Positions 1 to 10,821 of a stretch of 64,000 nucleotides of DNA are shown here, in pieces. The translations under genes and the position numbers were made by a program. Under the pieces are notes generated by a model that had not been told where the DNA came from, did not search any database, and was given only the letters and a program-made list of their open reading frames with translations. Numbering within the stretch: position 1 is the first letter of the stretch; each line of letters starts with the position of its first letter. The DNA comes from an uncultured Verrucomicrobiae bacterium (GTDB taxonomy: Bacteria > Verrucomicrobiota > Verrucomicrobiia > Chthoniobacterales > JAFAMB01), in the NCBI GenBank assembly GCA_963837955.1, contig CAWIPH010000002.1, positions 4,640,001 to 4,704,000 of the forward strand, in the 5' to 3' direction.

Positions 1-206
1 TCGCTCGCTTGCTGGTGTCCACGGTTAGTTTTTCCCGGCCGGGGCGGATAGTTGGCGACTGCGTTTTTGGATGGCCTTACGCAAGCAGCTCCGCGGGTCT
101 CCTCCAGTTATACACAATCGGGATCGTAAGCGGGACAGTCGCCGCTACCGCTAGGGCTCGCGCCGTTGTCGGACGGTCGCCAAAACTTACGTGGCCTCCG
201 ACAAAG

Positions 207-240
207 AAAAAAGCCGGCGTGGTTCCCCACGCCGGCTTTT
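207..240 (-). terminator. Rho-independent terminator downstream of tonB (possibly bidirectional)
   Basis: AAAAGCCGGCGTGG-ttcc-CCACGCCGGCTTTT perfect hairpin with A/T tracts on both sides, about 20 nt after the tonB stop. Confidence 0.85.
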
Positions 241-262
241 GTTAAATTAACTTTTCGGAACG

Positions 263-946
263 TCAATGGCCCACTAAGACGAAGCTGATGGGTAGGGTGA
301 AAGTCCCGTTCGTTGTTGGAGAGGGCTGCCAATTTCCTCGGACCCAACGTTCCGCGGCGGAAGCCAAAAGACTTGGCCCGTTGGCGGTGACACCGGTGAT
401 ATGACCGTTTGAAACCGTGATGGTTGCAGTCACGCTCCCGCTGATATGCAATTGCATAGCTTGCGGGGGATACGGCGGCTTCGGGCTGCGAATCCACAAA
501 CCAGATCGAGGTCCACCGTTACCGGTTCCACCGACAACACCGTTCGCGACACCTTTTTGTTGACCAGGGGTAGCAGCGGCGTTCGGGTTCGGGCTGGCCT
601 TAGGCTTTTCGGTCTTCGGCTTAGGCGTAGGCGCCGGCGGCGCTGGTGTCGGCGTCGTATCCGGCAATTCAAACTCCGGCGGCTTATCCAGTGGTGGCGG
701 CGTCGGTTCCGGATCTGGCGGCGGAGTCGGCTGAGGATCGGGTGGTTGCTCTTCCGGTGCGTCCGGACTCCCCAGCGGAGGCGCGTCGTTCATATCGGCC
801 TCCGTCAGCATCATCGGCGTATTATTAACAGGCAGATGAATCCAAAAGCCCGCGACCGCTGCAGCTACGTTCAGGAAGAACGAGAAAAGCAGAAACCAGA
901 TAATCGGCGCGCCATCACGGCGATTTCGTCTGATGCTAGTAGGCAT
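263..946 (-). CDS. tonB: Energy transducer TonB family protein
   Basis: N-terminal TM helix, Pro-rich linker, C-terminal PPYPPQA...GSV TonB_C-like domain; follows exbB-exbD. Confidence 0.8.
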   Translation of the reverse strand: MPTSIRRNRRDGAPIIWFLLFSFFLNVAAAVAGFWIHLPVNNTPMMLTEADMNDAPPLGSPDAPEEQPPDPQPTPPPDPEPTPPPLDKPPEFELPDTTPTPAPPAPTPKPKTEKPKASPNPNAAATPGQQKGVANGVVGGTGNGGPRSGLWIRSPKPPYPPQAMQLHISGSVTATITVSNGHITGVTANGPSLLASAAERWVRGNWQPSPTTNGTFTLPISFVLVGH

Positions 947-973
947 ACAACACCTCCCGGGTGAAAGGATTGA

Positions 974-1471
974 CTATGGGCCAGGGGGTTTGCTCGGTGG
1001 CGGTGGTGGGCCCCCGCCGGTAGTTGGAGCGCCGCCTCCGGGCTGAATTCCAGCGTTCGGCTTAACTTCAAGCCCCACCTTCTGGATACCGGCCGTACGA
1101 AGCGAGTCCAGCACGAACATCACCGTGTTGTAATTTGCGTCTTTATCGGCGCGAAGATAAATCCGGACGTCGTGATTTTTACTATAGAGGTCCTGGAACT
1201 TCGCTAAGACATCATCGTGCGCGACCTTTTCCTTTTCGAAATAGATATCCATCAGAGCGTCGATACTGATGATGATGAAATCCGGTTTCGTATTCGGCTG
1301 CGCACTGGTCGCAGTTGGCAACGCCACGTCGATCGCCTTCATGTTGATCATCGTCAAGCTCACCAACATAAACGAGGCGAGCAAGAAGAACATGATGTCG
1401 ATCAACGGAATGATCTCGATCCGAGCCTTCTTAATTGGAACTGGCGTACTGCTGTGACTGCTCCCGTGCAT
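974..1471 (-). CDS. exbD: Biopolymer transporter ExbD/TolR
   Basis: IIPLIDIMFFLLASFML TM motif with conserved Asp; LRADKDANY motif. Confidence 0.93.
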   Translation of the reverse strand: MHGSSHSSTPVPIKKARIEIIPLIDIMFFLLASFMLVSLTMINMKAIDVALPTATSAQPNTKPDFIIISIDALMDIYFEKEKVAHDDVLAKFQDLYSKNHDVRIYLRADKDANYNTVMFVLDSLRTAGIQKVGLEVKPNAGIQPGGGAPTTGGGPPPPPSKPPGP

Positions 1472-2198
1472 CTGGAATTACGTCGAGGTTGGAATTTTTG
1501 AGCCGTAGTGAGTTGATCATGATGATGACGTTGTGGCACGTCGACTCGAGCTCGAACTGCAGCTTGACCAGTTTCGAGTTGAAGAAGTTGAAGAAGATCA
1601 ACGCAAAGATAGCGATGCCGAGACCGCACGCCGTGGCGATGAGGGCCTCACCGATTCCGCCGGAGACCGCAGCCGGACTCAAGCCGCCTTCGTTCACCGC
1701 ATTAAACGCGGACATAATACCGGTGACGGTTCCGAGCAGACCGAGCAGAGGAGCCAACGTGATCGTTGTATCCATTACCGACATAAAACGGCCGGCCCGC
1801 TGAATTTCCGCTCCTCGGGCCACCTCTAGGGCGCCTTCGATCGAGGTGTGAACATGATTCAGACCGTTCCAGGCTGTTCGCACGAGCGGATCTTTGGAGG
1901 TTCGACCGAGGTTGGCTGCCGCCGTGATGTTTCCTTGCTCGAGTGCGGCATACATCTGGTCGAGCCTATTAGGATCGCGTCGAGCACCTTCGACGACCCA
2001 AAAAATGATGCGTTCCAAGATTACCGCGATCGCAACGGTGAGAACCGCAACAATCGGGTACATGACGATGCCGCCCTTGAAGAACCATTCCAGAAGGAAA
2101 TTGCCTTTAGCCCACCCTGGAACGAAGCGTCCCACGACGGTCTGGGTGTCGCTGGCGGCAGCCACAAAGGGAGCGAGTTTGACTAAGAAACTGACCAT
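1431..2198 (-). CDS. exbB: MotA/TolQ/ExbB proton channel protein
   Basis: APLLGLLGTVTGIM and GIGEALIATACGL motifs. Confidence 0.93.
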   Translation of the reverse strand: MVSFLVKLAPFVAAASDTQTVVGRFVPGWAKGNFLLEWFFKGGIVMYPIVAVLTVAIAVILERIIFWVVEGARRDPNRLDQMYAALEQGNITAAANLGRTSKDPLVRTAWNGLNHVHTSIEGALEVARGAEIQRAGRFMSVMDTTITLAPLLGLLGTVTGIMSAFNAVNEGGLSPAAVSGGIGEALIATACGLGIAIFALIFFNFFNSKLVKLQFELESTCHNVIIMINSLRLKNSNLDVIPDAREQSQQYASSN

Positions 2199-2638
2199 AG
2201 TTTTATAGGATTGAAGTAGACTTGAGTTACCCTGCGCGTCGAATACAGCTATTCGCTTTGTCTCTTTGGCAGAAGACGGTTACGAGCAGGATGCTTGCCA
2301 ACCTTACTCGACTGTTCTTCATTTGATCCAAGTGACGTGCCACAGGGGAGTATCCGCATTTACAGGCCTTTGGGGTCCGGACGTAACCGTACGATATCCT
2401 GAAAATGTAGGCCGTCAAAGTGACTCTTTTCGACCAGACTGCAACTTTTTTTTTGCTCCAAAAACCGAATCACTACAAAAAGCATTCTCGGCGAGTTAAG
2501 TTTGAAACAATAAGTACAGCGGCAGCAAAACTTTGTGATTTTTAGTTTTTGGGGTCCGCAGCGTTGAAAATCTTCACAAGCGCCAAAACCGGTGCTTGTG
2601 GCTCAACCCCGAGGTTTTTCGGAAGTTGATCCAAGCCG

Positions 2639-3952
2639 CTAAGCCGGCACGTTTCGCAGCGCGCCGAGATGACTAGCGATCAGTTTGTGCAAATGGTCCG
2701 TTACCGTCGCGTCTTCCAGACGATCGACCACTTCGTTGAGAAATCCTTTCACGATCAATCCCTTGGCAATCCGGTCGGGAATACCGCGGCTAAGCAAATA
2801 GAAAAGCTCCTCAGCCTCAATCTGACCAGAGGTGGCGCCATGCGTGCAGCGCACGTCATCCGCCAGAATCTCCAGGCCGGGCATGGAGTTGGCCTCGGCT
2901 TCATCGCTTAGCAAAAGATTTCGCACTTTTTGGTAGGCATCCGTCCGATGGGCGCCCGGTTCGACCTTAATCAATCCGGAAAAGATGGTCCGCGCGCGAT
3001 CATACAAGGCGTTCTTGTAAAGTAGATCGCTCGTGGTGTTGGGTTGGAGATGGTCTTGCAGCGTGCGTTGATCGAACTCTTGATCGCCGCTCGCCACGGA
3101 AATCGACAGCATGTCGCTCCGAGCCCCGCTACCGATCATTCGGCTAACACTTTCCAGGCGCGAATATTTTCCGCCAAAATTGAGCGCGAGATTGAGCACG
3201 GATGCGTCGCGATCAGCGACCGTTGAATTGATTTGGGTGGAGACGAAATCGCGGCTCCAATCCTGCGTACTAATGTAAGTAAGCCGGGAACCCGGACGAG
3301 CGACCAGATCATTGACGCCGCAGGCAAAGCCATACCGGCTCTCGTCGATGGAAACAAAATTCTCCAGCAAGGTCACTTTGCTCCCTTCCTCAGTGATAAC
3401 GAGAGTATGAGGAAAAACCGCGACGCGATCGCTGCCCACAAAATGGACGACCTCGAATGGCTGCGCGACCTCCACAAATCGCGGAATGAAAATTACCGAC
3501 CCGGACCGCACAGAAGCTTTGTGCAAAGCAGCAAATTTGCGGGAACCGAGGCGGACGGGCTGAGCCATGAAATGCTCCCGCAGAAGATCGGGATGGTCTT
3601 CCAACGCTTTTTCTAAGGGGAGAAATAGGACGCCGCGATCGAGGAGTTGGCGATCGAAGATTTCGCAGGAAACCAACCGCTCATTGACAAAAACCAGGCG
3701 GCCGGCCGGATGCCCAAAACTTCGTCCACTCAGGAATTGCGGATCCCACTCATTCCATTCTAAAGCAGGTTGGTACGAATCGAGCGCCAGACTCTTGATG
3801 GAAGAGAATCTCCAGAGTTCGTCGGTACGCGCCGGCCAGGGTTCAGACTCGAACTCCTTCCAAGCGTCGGCTTGCAGTTTGGCAAACCACTCGGGCGCCA
3901 CGGCCCAATCCCGCGGTGAAGATACAATCGTAGAAACGTCAGCACCAAGCAT
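2639..3952 (-). CDS. sufD: Fe-S cluster assembly protein SufD
   Basis: PGLEILADDVRCTHGAT, FYLLSRGI motifs; in operon with sufC and sufB. Confidence 0.93.
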   Translation of the reverse strand: MLGADVSTIVSSPRDWAVAPEWFAKLQADAWKEFESEPWPARTDELWRFSSIKSLALDSYQPALEWNEWDPQFLSGRSFGHPAGRLVFVNERLVSCEIFDRQLLDRGVLFLPLEKALEDHPDLLREHFMAQPVRLGSRKFAALHKASVRSGSVIFIPRFVEVAQPFEVVHFVGSDRVAVFPHTLVITEEGSKVTLLENFVSIDESRYGFACGVNDLVARPGSRLTYISTQDWSRDFVSTQINSTVADRDASVLNLALNFGGKYSRLESVSRMIGSGARSDMLSISVASGDQEFDQRTLQDHLQPNTTSDLLYKNALYDRARTIFSGLIKVEPGAHRTDAYQKVRNLLLSDEAEANSMPGLEILADDVRCTHGATSGQIEAEELFYLLSRGIPDRIAKGLIVKGFLNEVVDRLEDATVTDHLHKLIASHLGALRNVPA

Positions 3953-3980
3953 CCAGATCCCCTTTTAATGCTAAGTGGCT

Positions 3981-5390
3981 TTACCCGACGGAGCCTTCCA
4001 TCTCGAGATCAATCAGGCGCTTCAGTTCCACACTGTATTCCATCGGAAACTGGCGCACGAGATCGTTCACAAATCCGTTCACGGCAAGACTCATGGCCTG
4101 GCCTTTGCTCAAGCCACGTTGCTGCATGTAAAAGATTTGTTCCGCGCCGATCTGGCTGACCGACGCCTCGTGTTGGGTAGAGTTACCGGTACCACGAACA
4201 GTAATGGCTGGGTAGGTATCGGTCCGGCTCCGGTTGTTTATCAAGAGCGCGTCACATTCGGTGTTGTTCTTACACCCTTTCAGGTGTTTCGGTATGTGGA
4301 CCAATCCTCGGTAAGTCGCGCGTCCTTTCCCAACACTGATACTCTTGGAAACGATGTTGCTGGTCGTCTCGTCGGCGGCATGAATCATTTTCGCGCCGGT
4401 GTCCTGATGCTGCCCATCCCCGGCTAACGCGATGCTAATAACCTCACCGCGCGCCTTCCGGCCCTTCAAGACAACGCCGGGATACTTCATGGTCAATCGG
4501 GAACCGATATTGCAATCGATCCACTTGATCTCCGCCTCTTCCATGGCCAAACCGCGTTTGGTCACAAGATTGAAAACGTTGGGCGACCAGTTCTGCACCG
4601 TCACGTACTGGATCTTGGCGCCCTTCAGCGCTACCAATTCGACAACGGCCGAATGGAGCGTTGTGGTAGTAAACTTCGGCGCGGTACAACCCTCCATATA
4701 CATCACTTCCGAGCCCTCATCCGCGATGATTAAGGTACGCTCAAATTGTCCGAAATTTTCCGCATTGATCCGAAAGTAAGCCTGAAGCGGATGTTTCACT
4801 TTCACACCCGGTGGCACATAAATAAAGCTTCCACCGCTGAAGACCGCACTATTGAGCGCACTGAATTTGTTATCGCCAGTCGGAATCACTTTGCCGAACC
4901 ATTTCCGGAAAATTTCCGGGTGGTGCTTTAACCCCTCGGTGCTGCCAACGAAGATGACACCCTGGTCGGAAACAGCTTTCTTGATGTTGGAGTAGACTGC
5001 CTCGCTGTCAAACTGGGCTTCGACGCCCGCGAGAAACTTGCGCTCGCTCTCCGGAATTCCGAGACGTTCGAAGGTGCGTTTAATATCCTCCGGCACATCT
5101 TCCCAGGAACGCTTAGGCGCATCTCCTGAGGCCAGGTAATAGCGGATGACGTCAAAGTCGATTTCGGCGAGTTCGTTGCCAGCCCAGTGGGTAGGGAGTG
5201 GCTTACTCTTAAACGCGTGATAGGCATTCTTCCGAAAATCGCGAATCCAATCCGGTTCTTCTTTCGCGTTGACGATGTAATCGATAGTCTCTTCGGTGAG
5301 ACCGGCGCCAGCGTCGCGCTCATGCTTTATCTCATAGGAAAAGTCGCCGATGTCGCGATTGATATCGATCGTATTGCTCGGTGTGCTCAT
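3981..5390 (-). CDS. sufB: Fe-S cluster assembly protein SufB
   Basis: [35 protein letters not shown]...EGSVG C-terminus. Confidence 0.97.
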   Translation of the reverse strand: MSTPSNTIDINRDIGDFSYEIKHERDAGAGLTEETIDYIVNAKEEPDWIRDFRKNAYHAFKSKPLPTHWAGNELAEIDFDVIRYYLASGDAPKRSWEDVPEDIKRTFERLGIPESERKFLAGVEAQFDSEAVYSNIKKAVSDQGVIFVGSTEGLKHHPEIFRKWFGKVIPTGDNKFSALNSAVFSGGSFIYVPPGVKVKHPLQAYFRINAENFGQFERTLIIADEGSEVMYMEGCTAPKFTTTTLHSAVVELVALKGAKIQYVTVQNWSPNVFNLVTKRGLAMEEAEIKWIDCNIGSRLTMKYPGVVLKGRKARGEVISIALAGDGQHQDTGAKMIHAADETTSNIVSKSISVGKGRATYRGLVHIPKHLKGCKNNTECDALLINNRSRTDTYPAITVRGTGNSTQHEASVSQIGAEQIFYMQQRGLSKGQAMSLAVNGFVNDLVRQFPMEYSVELKRLIDLEMEGSVG

Positions 5391-5423
5391 AGTGCTTGTT
5401 AGTAAGGATAGAAAATTTTCTGA

Positions 5424-6200
5424 TCAGCTGGCCGCCACCGGTTCGGCTGTTTCTGAAGGAAGCCCATCATAGCCCTCATAGCCTTTGGCCTCCAGTTCCA
5501 GCGCTAGTTCTTTACCTCCGGTTCGAACGATGCGGCCTTGCGCCATCACGTGAACAAAATCGGGGATAATGTAGTTCAGTAACCTCTGGTAGTGGGTAAT
5601 CAGCAAAATGCCCAAGTTGGGTCCGCGTAGTTGGTTCACCCCTTTGGCCACAACCTGCAAGGCATCGATATCGAGACCGCTATCGGTTTCATCGAGCACA
5701 GCGAAAGCGGGTTCCAACATCGCCAACTGTAAAATTTCGTTTCGTTTTTTTTCTCCGCCGGAAAAGCCTTCGTTCACGGACCGCGCCGTAAATTCCCGGC
5801 GAATCTCCAAAAGATCCATTTTCTGATAGAGGCGCTGATAAAAATCGGTAGCGTCCAATTCCTCCCCTTCCGGAAGACGCGACTGTAATGCCGCTCGGAG
5901 GAAGTTGGCATTGCTCACACCAGGGACTTCGATCGGGTACTGAAACGCCAGAAACAGACCTTGGCGCGCTCGCTCATCCGGCTCCATCTCCAGAATGCTC
6001 TTCCCGTTAAGAAGGATATCGCCCTCTGTCACCTCGTAATCTGGATGCCCGGCCATGACCTTGGCCAGCGTGCTCTTGCCAGATCCGTTGGGACCCATCA
6101 CAGCATGCACTTCTCCCTGTCGAAACTCGAGATCCAATCCTCGAATAATCTCCTGGCCGTTAACCGAAGCATGCAGATTTTTAATTGCGATCGAACTCAT
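5424..6200 (-). CDS. sufC: Fe-S cluster assembly ATPase SufC
   Basis: [39 protein letters not shown]. Confidence 0.97.
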   Translation of the reverse strand: MSSIAIKNLHASVNGQEIIRGLDLEFRQGEVHAVMGPNGSGKSTLAKVMAGHPDYEVTEGDILLNGKSILEMEPDERARQGLFLAFQYPIEVPGVSNANFLRAALQSRLPEGEELDATDFYQRLYQKMDLLEIRREFTARSVNEGFSGGEKKRNEILQLAMLEPAFAVLDETDSGLDIDALQVVAKGVNQLRGPNLGILLITHYQRLLNYIIPDFVHVMAQGRIVRTGGKELALELEAKGYEGYDGLPSETAEPVAAS

Positions 6201-6204
6201 AAAT

Positions 6205-6618
6205 TCATTCTGAACATTTTGGACAGGTTCCCCGGAGGTTCACGTCTGCGTGCGATACCTTGAAGCCGGGCGGCAAATCCCAAACGTTTTGGGCGGTCGC
6301 GTTCACGTCATGGACCGAGCCGCATCGTTCGCAGAAAAAGTGTGAATGTTCCATTAGGTTTGCGCAATAACGAGTCGGAGCGCGGTCGAGATTGACCTGC
6401 TTAACCAGACCGGTCGCAACCAGAGCTTCCAGACAATTGTAAACGGTACCGAGGGAGATCGACTGAACATGCTTTTTCGTCCGAAAAAAAACCTCCGTAG
6501 CTGTCGGGTGGTCCGGCTTCTGCATCAGCACACCCAACACCTGCTCACGCTGTTTGGTGAGCCGGATACCGCTGGCGGCTAAGCGCTGAGAGATTTCACC
6601 GGGAAGCTTCACTTTCAT
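6205..6618 (-). CDS. Fur/PerR family transcriptional regulator
   Basis: [29 protein letters not shown] and C-terminal CPKC; start placed at ATG 6618 (track starts at 6660). Confidence 0.9.
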   Translation of the reverse strand: MKVKLPGEISQRLAASGIRLTKQREQVLGVLMQKPDHPTATEVFFRTKKHVQSISLGTVYNCLEALVATGLVKQVNLDRAPTRYCANLMEHSHFFCERCGSVHDVNATAQNVWDLPPGFKVSHADVNLRGTCPKCSE

Positions 6619-6631
6619 ACCGTCGGCCGCC

Positions 6632-6660
6632 TTGAGAATGATATCAAGAATTATTCTCAA
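6632..6660. promoter_or_regulatory. Fur/PerR-type operator (overlapping 7-1-7 boxes)
   Basis: TTGAGAATGATATCAAGAATTATTCTCAA, dyad TTGAGAAT...ATTCTCAA, 13 nt upstream of the fur-like start. Confidence 0.7.
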
Positions 6661-6840
6661 TAAGCCAGTGCTCCCCTCGGGAAATTCGTTTATCTGTCGT
6701 AGGAAAACATATCAAAATTCAAAATGAAATTGCTTAGGTGTCACCGCACAATTCGCCTAAAGATTGCTCGGAAACTGCTAGGGATTTTCTTGAATTGGAG
6801 CAGCGGCCGTGACACGGATGCCCAGCGATTTAACCCCCGC

Positions 6841-6920
6841 GGCTCAAACCCGGCGCCGACAACGCGAATCGGCGCAAGAACCACATCCCGGCGCCGAGTT
6901 TTCGCCCTACCGATCAGGGG
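6841..6920. repeat. REP-like dispersed repeat, family B (ends GTTTTCGCCCTACCGATCAGGGG)
   Basis: GGCTCAAACCCGGCGC...GCGCCGAGTTTTCGCCCTACCGATCAGGGG also present at about 30785-30865. Confidence 0.75.
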
Positions 6921-7080
6921 CTGAGCAACCCACGCAGACAGCCAAGCATCCGCGATCTGTGCGGCGGGTCCGCCAGTGGCGGAGAGCCGCTCCTTGTTGC
7001 CCGGCGGGCAAGGACAATTACGGTTACTAAGAAACTGGCCCTTCCGCGTTTGACATTTTATTATTCGAAGTTAGCCACGA

Positions 7081-7284
7081 ATGGTGTTCCGATACCTTTC
7101 CAACTTCCGCGTCTGGGTTTCTCTACTATTTTTGGGCTTCAGTTTAGCGGCTTGCGAACGTCATCCGGCTGACCAACTCGAAGAGCAGCCTACTCCGCCC
7201 GCCAAACAAGAGACAAAGAAACCGGAGAACACGGTTGCGAGCCCGACGGCGACACCAAAAACGTATTTTCCACAAAATTCGTGA
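7081..7284 (+). CDS. Small putative lipoprotein
   Basis: Hydrophobic signal ending in LAAC lipobox, followed by a Pro/Thr-rich tail. Confidence 0.6.
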   Translation: MVFRYLSNFRVWVSLLFLGFSLAACERHPADQLEEQPTPPAKQETKKPENTVASPTATPKTYFPQNS

Positions 7285-7329
7285 TTCCCAAGTTTCGCGC
7301 TAGATTGGGGATCAGTAACTCCGCAAGCG

Positions 7330-7746
7330 ATGGAACCACCCGGAAATATTTCGGAATCGAGGACAATCGGTTGGCGAGAAGAAATTCAGCATCGCTACCG
7401 CAGCTTTGCAGCGGCGCTTCGAGGCCTCGGTTGGCTGATCCGCACTGAGCGGCATTTTCAACTGCATATCGTTGCGGCTCTCACTGCGTCGCTGCTCGGT
7501 CTGTTTCTGGGTCTGGCTCCCTTAGAGTGGGCGATCCTGCTGGTCACTATCGGTCTGGTGTTGGTGGCAGAAGCCATTAACACCGCAATTGAATACACGA
7601 TCGATCTGACCGTTCACCAAGTTCATCCGATTGCCCGGACGGCGAAGGACATTGGGGCTGCTGCAGTGTTGGTTGCTGCCGGGATCTCCGTGCTCATCGG
7701 GTGCTTTTTGTTTCTCCCCAAGCTGATCGCATTGTTTCATCGGTAA
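7330..7746 (+). CDS. Diacylglycerol/undecaprenol kinase family (DgkA-like)
   Basis: ERHFQLH, EAINTAIE, AKDIGAAAV motifs; three TM segments. Confidence 0.9.
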   Translation: MEPPGNISESRTIGWREEIQHRYRSFAAALRGLGWLIRTERHFQLHIVAALTASLLGLFLGLAPLEWAILLVTIGLVLVAEAINTAIEYTIDLTVHQVHPIARTAKDIGAAAVLVAAGISVLIGCFLFLPKLIALFHR

Positions 7747-7772
7747 GCCGATAGTCGTGGACGGCCCCTGAC

Positions 7773-7956
7773 GACGGAGGGGAGCCGCTTCCGACTTCGC
7801 TAAGTTGTGTGCCATGGTTCAACCGGCGAGAGCTTCGTCGGACACGTGCGGCTCCCGGGAATAACCCCTGATAGAACAAACGGCAGCGCAACCTCGGCCT
7901 CGATTCCCCCTGCACGCTGGATTACTCCCGGGCGTCGCAAGCAACGCCCCTCCGAC
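7773..7956. repeat. MITE/REPIN-like dispersed repeat, family A copy 1
   Basis: Core TTCCGACTTCGCTAAG...GCTTCGTCGGACACGTGC; termini CGGAGGGG...CCCCTCCG. Confidence 0.75.
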
Positions 7957-8098
7957 CGATAGGTGCTTGGCACAGTTCAGACAGGACTGATGCCTGTCCG
8001 ATGACGTGTCCGCCATAGCTTTAGCGGAGGCGGGAGCCTTCAGCCCTTGCCAACCGTGGAGAATTCTGGAGCAGTTGGGCGCCTGTCCCAACCGAGCC

Positions 8099-10591
8099 TC
8101 AGGGCTGGTAGTCAAACAGGTTCAGCTGCGGCTTCGGTTCTTCTGAAGTTTTGGGCTTGGATCGGGAGGCTTTGGCTTCGGCCAGTCGTGGCTTCCCCTG
8201 AGCATTCAACTCGCTCGCTTCGAGGTTCGCGAGAATCTCTTTGGCACGATCGATTACGGTCGGTGGTAACCCGGCCAGACGCGCCACTTGAATTCCATAA
8301 CTCTTATCCGCTGGACCACGCTGGATCTTGCGCAGAAAAATGATCCGGTCGTTCCATTCGCGGACCGCCACGTTGTAATTTTTCACGCCCGAACAGACCG
8401 TCTCCAGGTCAGTCATCTCATGATAGTGGGTCGCAAACAACGTGCGCGCCCCAATCGTGTCGTGCAGGTGCTCGGCCACGCTCCAGGCTATCGAGAGACC
8501 GTCGAAAGTGGACGTTCCACGACCGATCTCATCCAAGATCACCAAGCTCCTGTCGGTCGCATTGTTTATGATGTTGGCGGTTTCGTTCATTTCTACCATG
8601 AAGGTCGAAAGGCCGCGGGCTAAATCATCAGAGGCGCCTACCCGAGTAAAAATCCGGTCGACCATCCCGATCTCAGCGGATTTGGCCGGCACATAACTTC
8701 CGATCTGCGCCATCAGAACAAGCAAGGCGATTTGGCGAATGTAAGTCGACTTACCAGCCATATTCGGTCCGGTAATCAGCATCATTCGATGCTCCTCGCC
8801 GTCCAGTAGGCAATCATTCGGCACAAATTTTTCCTCGGTCAGATTTTGGTCCAGCACGGGGTGCCTGCCCTCCGAAATCTGGATGCATTTCGTGTCTGTC
8901 AGCTCGGGGCGGCAATAGCCAAAGAGGCGAGCGGTCTCAGTGAAACCGGCTAAAACATCCAGTTGAGCGATGGAGCGCGCTGTCTCCTGAAATTCTGGCA
9001 GATGTTCTAGTGTCCGCTCCCGCAACTTCAAGAATAGCTGATACTCGAGTTGCTTCGATCTCTCATCCGCACCGAGGATTTTCGCCTCGAACTCCTTCAA
9101 TTCTGGCGTAATAAATCGCTCGCCGTTGACGGTGGTTTGTTTGCGAACGTAATCCGCCGGCACCGCAGAGAGATTGGTGTTGGTGACTTCGATGAAGTAT
9201 CCAAACACCGAATTGAAACGAACCTTTAGCGATTTAATACCAGTACGCTCGATTTCGCGCTGCTGAAGCGCAGCGACCCATTCCTTGGCAAGGGTCGATG
9301 CACCGCGCAGCTCATCCAATTCCGAGTCGTAGCCAGCACGAAAAATTCCTCCCTCCTTCAGGAAGGCGGGCGGTTCATCCACTATCGCTTTGGTCAGTAG
9401 TTCCAGAAGAAGAGGCAACGGATGAATTTGCGCTTCCAGATCGGCGCAGAGCCCGCTGTCGGCTAGGGCCGCGCGATTCAAAGCCGAGAGGTGATGGCGA
9501 AGATCCGGTAACACTTCCAACGAACTGCGAATAGCAGCTAGATCACGAGCGTTCCCATTCCCCTGGCTGATGCGGCCCAGCGTGCGTTCGATGTCACGCA
9601 CGCCGCGCATCGTCTCCCGACATGCGTTCAAGAGAAAGGATTGGTCAAGCAAAAGCCCAAGCAAATCCTGGCGCCGACGAATCGTCTGCCCGTTCCTGAG
9701 GGGTTTCAAAATCCATTGGCGAAGAAGACGCGCGCCCATCGCGGTAACGGTTCGATCCAACGCTTGCAGAAGACTGGTGTCGCGCGTTCCGGAGCGTGAC
9801 CCCACCAGTTCGAGGTTTTGCTGAGTCGCCAGATCTAGTGCCACGGCCTCGTCCGGAAGAAAGACTCCCAGCCTTCGGATATGGTCAACGGAACGCCGAA
9901 GCTGATGCTTGAGGTAGTGGATCACCGCGCCGGCAGCTCCGATCGCCGCCGGCATTTGCCCACAACCAAAGCCATCCAGCGACTGCACTTTGAAATGCTC
10001 GCGCAGCAATTCGGCGGCTTGATCAGGCTCGAAGGTATAGCCATCGTAGATCACTGCTCGAGGCAACTCGAGATTTCCAATATCGGAGGTAATGATTTCC
10101 GCCGGAGCAAAGCGAGCTAGCTCATCGTGGACGGCCACTTCGCTGCCCAGTTCGGCCACCCGGAACTCGCCAGTGCTTACATCGATCAATGCCAAACCAA
10201 AACGATTCTTCTCTCGATTGACCGCCGCCAAGAAATTGTTTTGGCGAGCTTCTAGTAACTGGAAATCGCTCACTGTCCCCGGGCTAATGATTTGCGAAAT
10301 CTGGCGGTCTACGATTTTGCCCGGCTGCGGTTCGCTCACCTGATCGCAAATTGCGACTCGGCGGCCTGCCTTGATTAATTTGCCGATGTATCCTTCCGCG
10401 GCATGATAAGGCACTCCGCACATCGGCATCCCGTTGCGCTTGGTAAGCGCTACATTGAGCAGTTCTGCCGCTACTTTCGCGTCCTCAAAAAAAAGCTCAT
10501 AAAAGTCTCCCAAGCGAAATAGCAGGAGCGTATCTGGCGGTAGCGTGCGCCGGATGCCTTGGTACTGCTGCATCATCGGCGTGAGAGACAT
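8099..10591 (-). CDS. mutS: DNA mismatch repair protein MutS
   Basis: TPMMQQY, FRLGDFYELF, GPNMAGKST, STFMVEM, DEIGRGTST; start at ATG 10591. Confidence 0.97.
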   Translation of the reverse strand: MSLTPMMQQYQGIRRTLPPDTLLLFRLGDFYELFFEDAKVAAELLNVALTKRNGMPMCGVPYHAAEGYIGKLIKAGRRVAICDQVSEPQPGKIVDRQISQIISPGTVSDFQLLEARQNNFLAAVNREKNRFGLALIDVSTGEFRVAELGSEVAVHDELARFAPAEIITSDIGNLELPRAVIYDGYTFEPDQAAELLREHFKVQSLDGFGCGQMPAAIGAAGAVIHYLKHQLRRSVDHIRRLGVFLPDEAVALDLATQQNLELVGSRSGTRDTSLLQALDRTVTAMGARLLRQWILKPLRNGQTIRRRQDLLGLLLDQSFLLNACRETMRGVRDIERTLGRISQGNGNARDLAAIRSSLEVLPDLRHHLSALNRAALADSGLCADLEAQIHPLPLLLELLTKAIVDEPPAFLKEGGIFRAGYDSELDELRGASTLAKEWVAALQQREIERTGIKSLKVRFNSVFGYFIEVTNTNLSAVPADYVRKQTTVNGERFITPELKEFEAKILGADERSKQLEYQLFLKLRERTLEHLPEFQETARSIAQLDVLAGFTETARLFGYCRPELTDTKCIQISEGRHPVLDQNLTEEKFVPNDCLLDGEEHRMMLITGPNMAGKSTYIRQIALLVLMAQIGSYVPAKSAEIGMVDRIFTRVGASDDLARGLSTFMVEMNETANIINNATDRSLVILDEIGRGTSTFDGLSIAWSVAEHLHDTIGARTLFATHYHEMTDLETVCSGVKNYNVAVREWNDRIIFLRKIQRGPADKSYGIQVARLAGLPPTVIDRAKEILANLEASELNAQGKPRLAEAKASRSKPKTSEEPKPQLNLFDYQP

Positions 10592-10821
10592 GGTTCGGAC
10601 CTTACAAAGTGGGCGGAACTTCGGCAAGCGACCGTTCGGGAAGTTTGGCAACCTGAGTGTCGGCAGGGGCGACTGCCTGTCCGACATAGTCCGATGGTCT
10701 CCGGCGGCCGCCTTGGAGTGCGGGACGACGCCGGCCTAAGTAAACTGCATATCGACTGAACAGAAATGGCTATGAATATTATCGATTATTGCGATGCCGG
10801 AGGCGGTCTTAAGCTGGAAAT

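Noticed and set aside
1..245. ORF 9..245 and other ORFs at the window start
   Set aside because: No recognisable motifs; runs into the tonB terminator
2199..2640. Cobalamin or TPP riboswitch upstream of exbB
   Set aside because: No B12-box or TPP consensus motifs recognised
6619..6660. N-terminal extension of the Fur-like ORF, and similar extensions of mutS, hisA, sufS, aroB, prc, ppk1 and the NTF2 genes
   Set aside because: They overlap operators, the tRNA or neighbouring genes and precede the recognisable family N-termini
7522..8343. Short ORFs with similar translations here and at 13233-13715 and 14871-15305
   Set aside because: The similarity comes from translating the non-coding family A repeats
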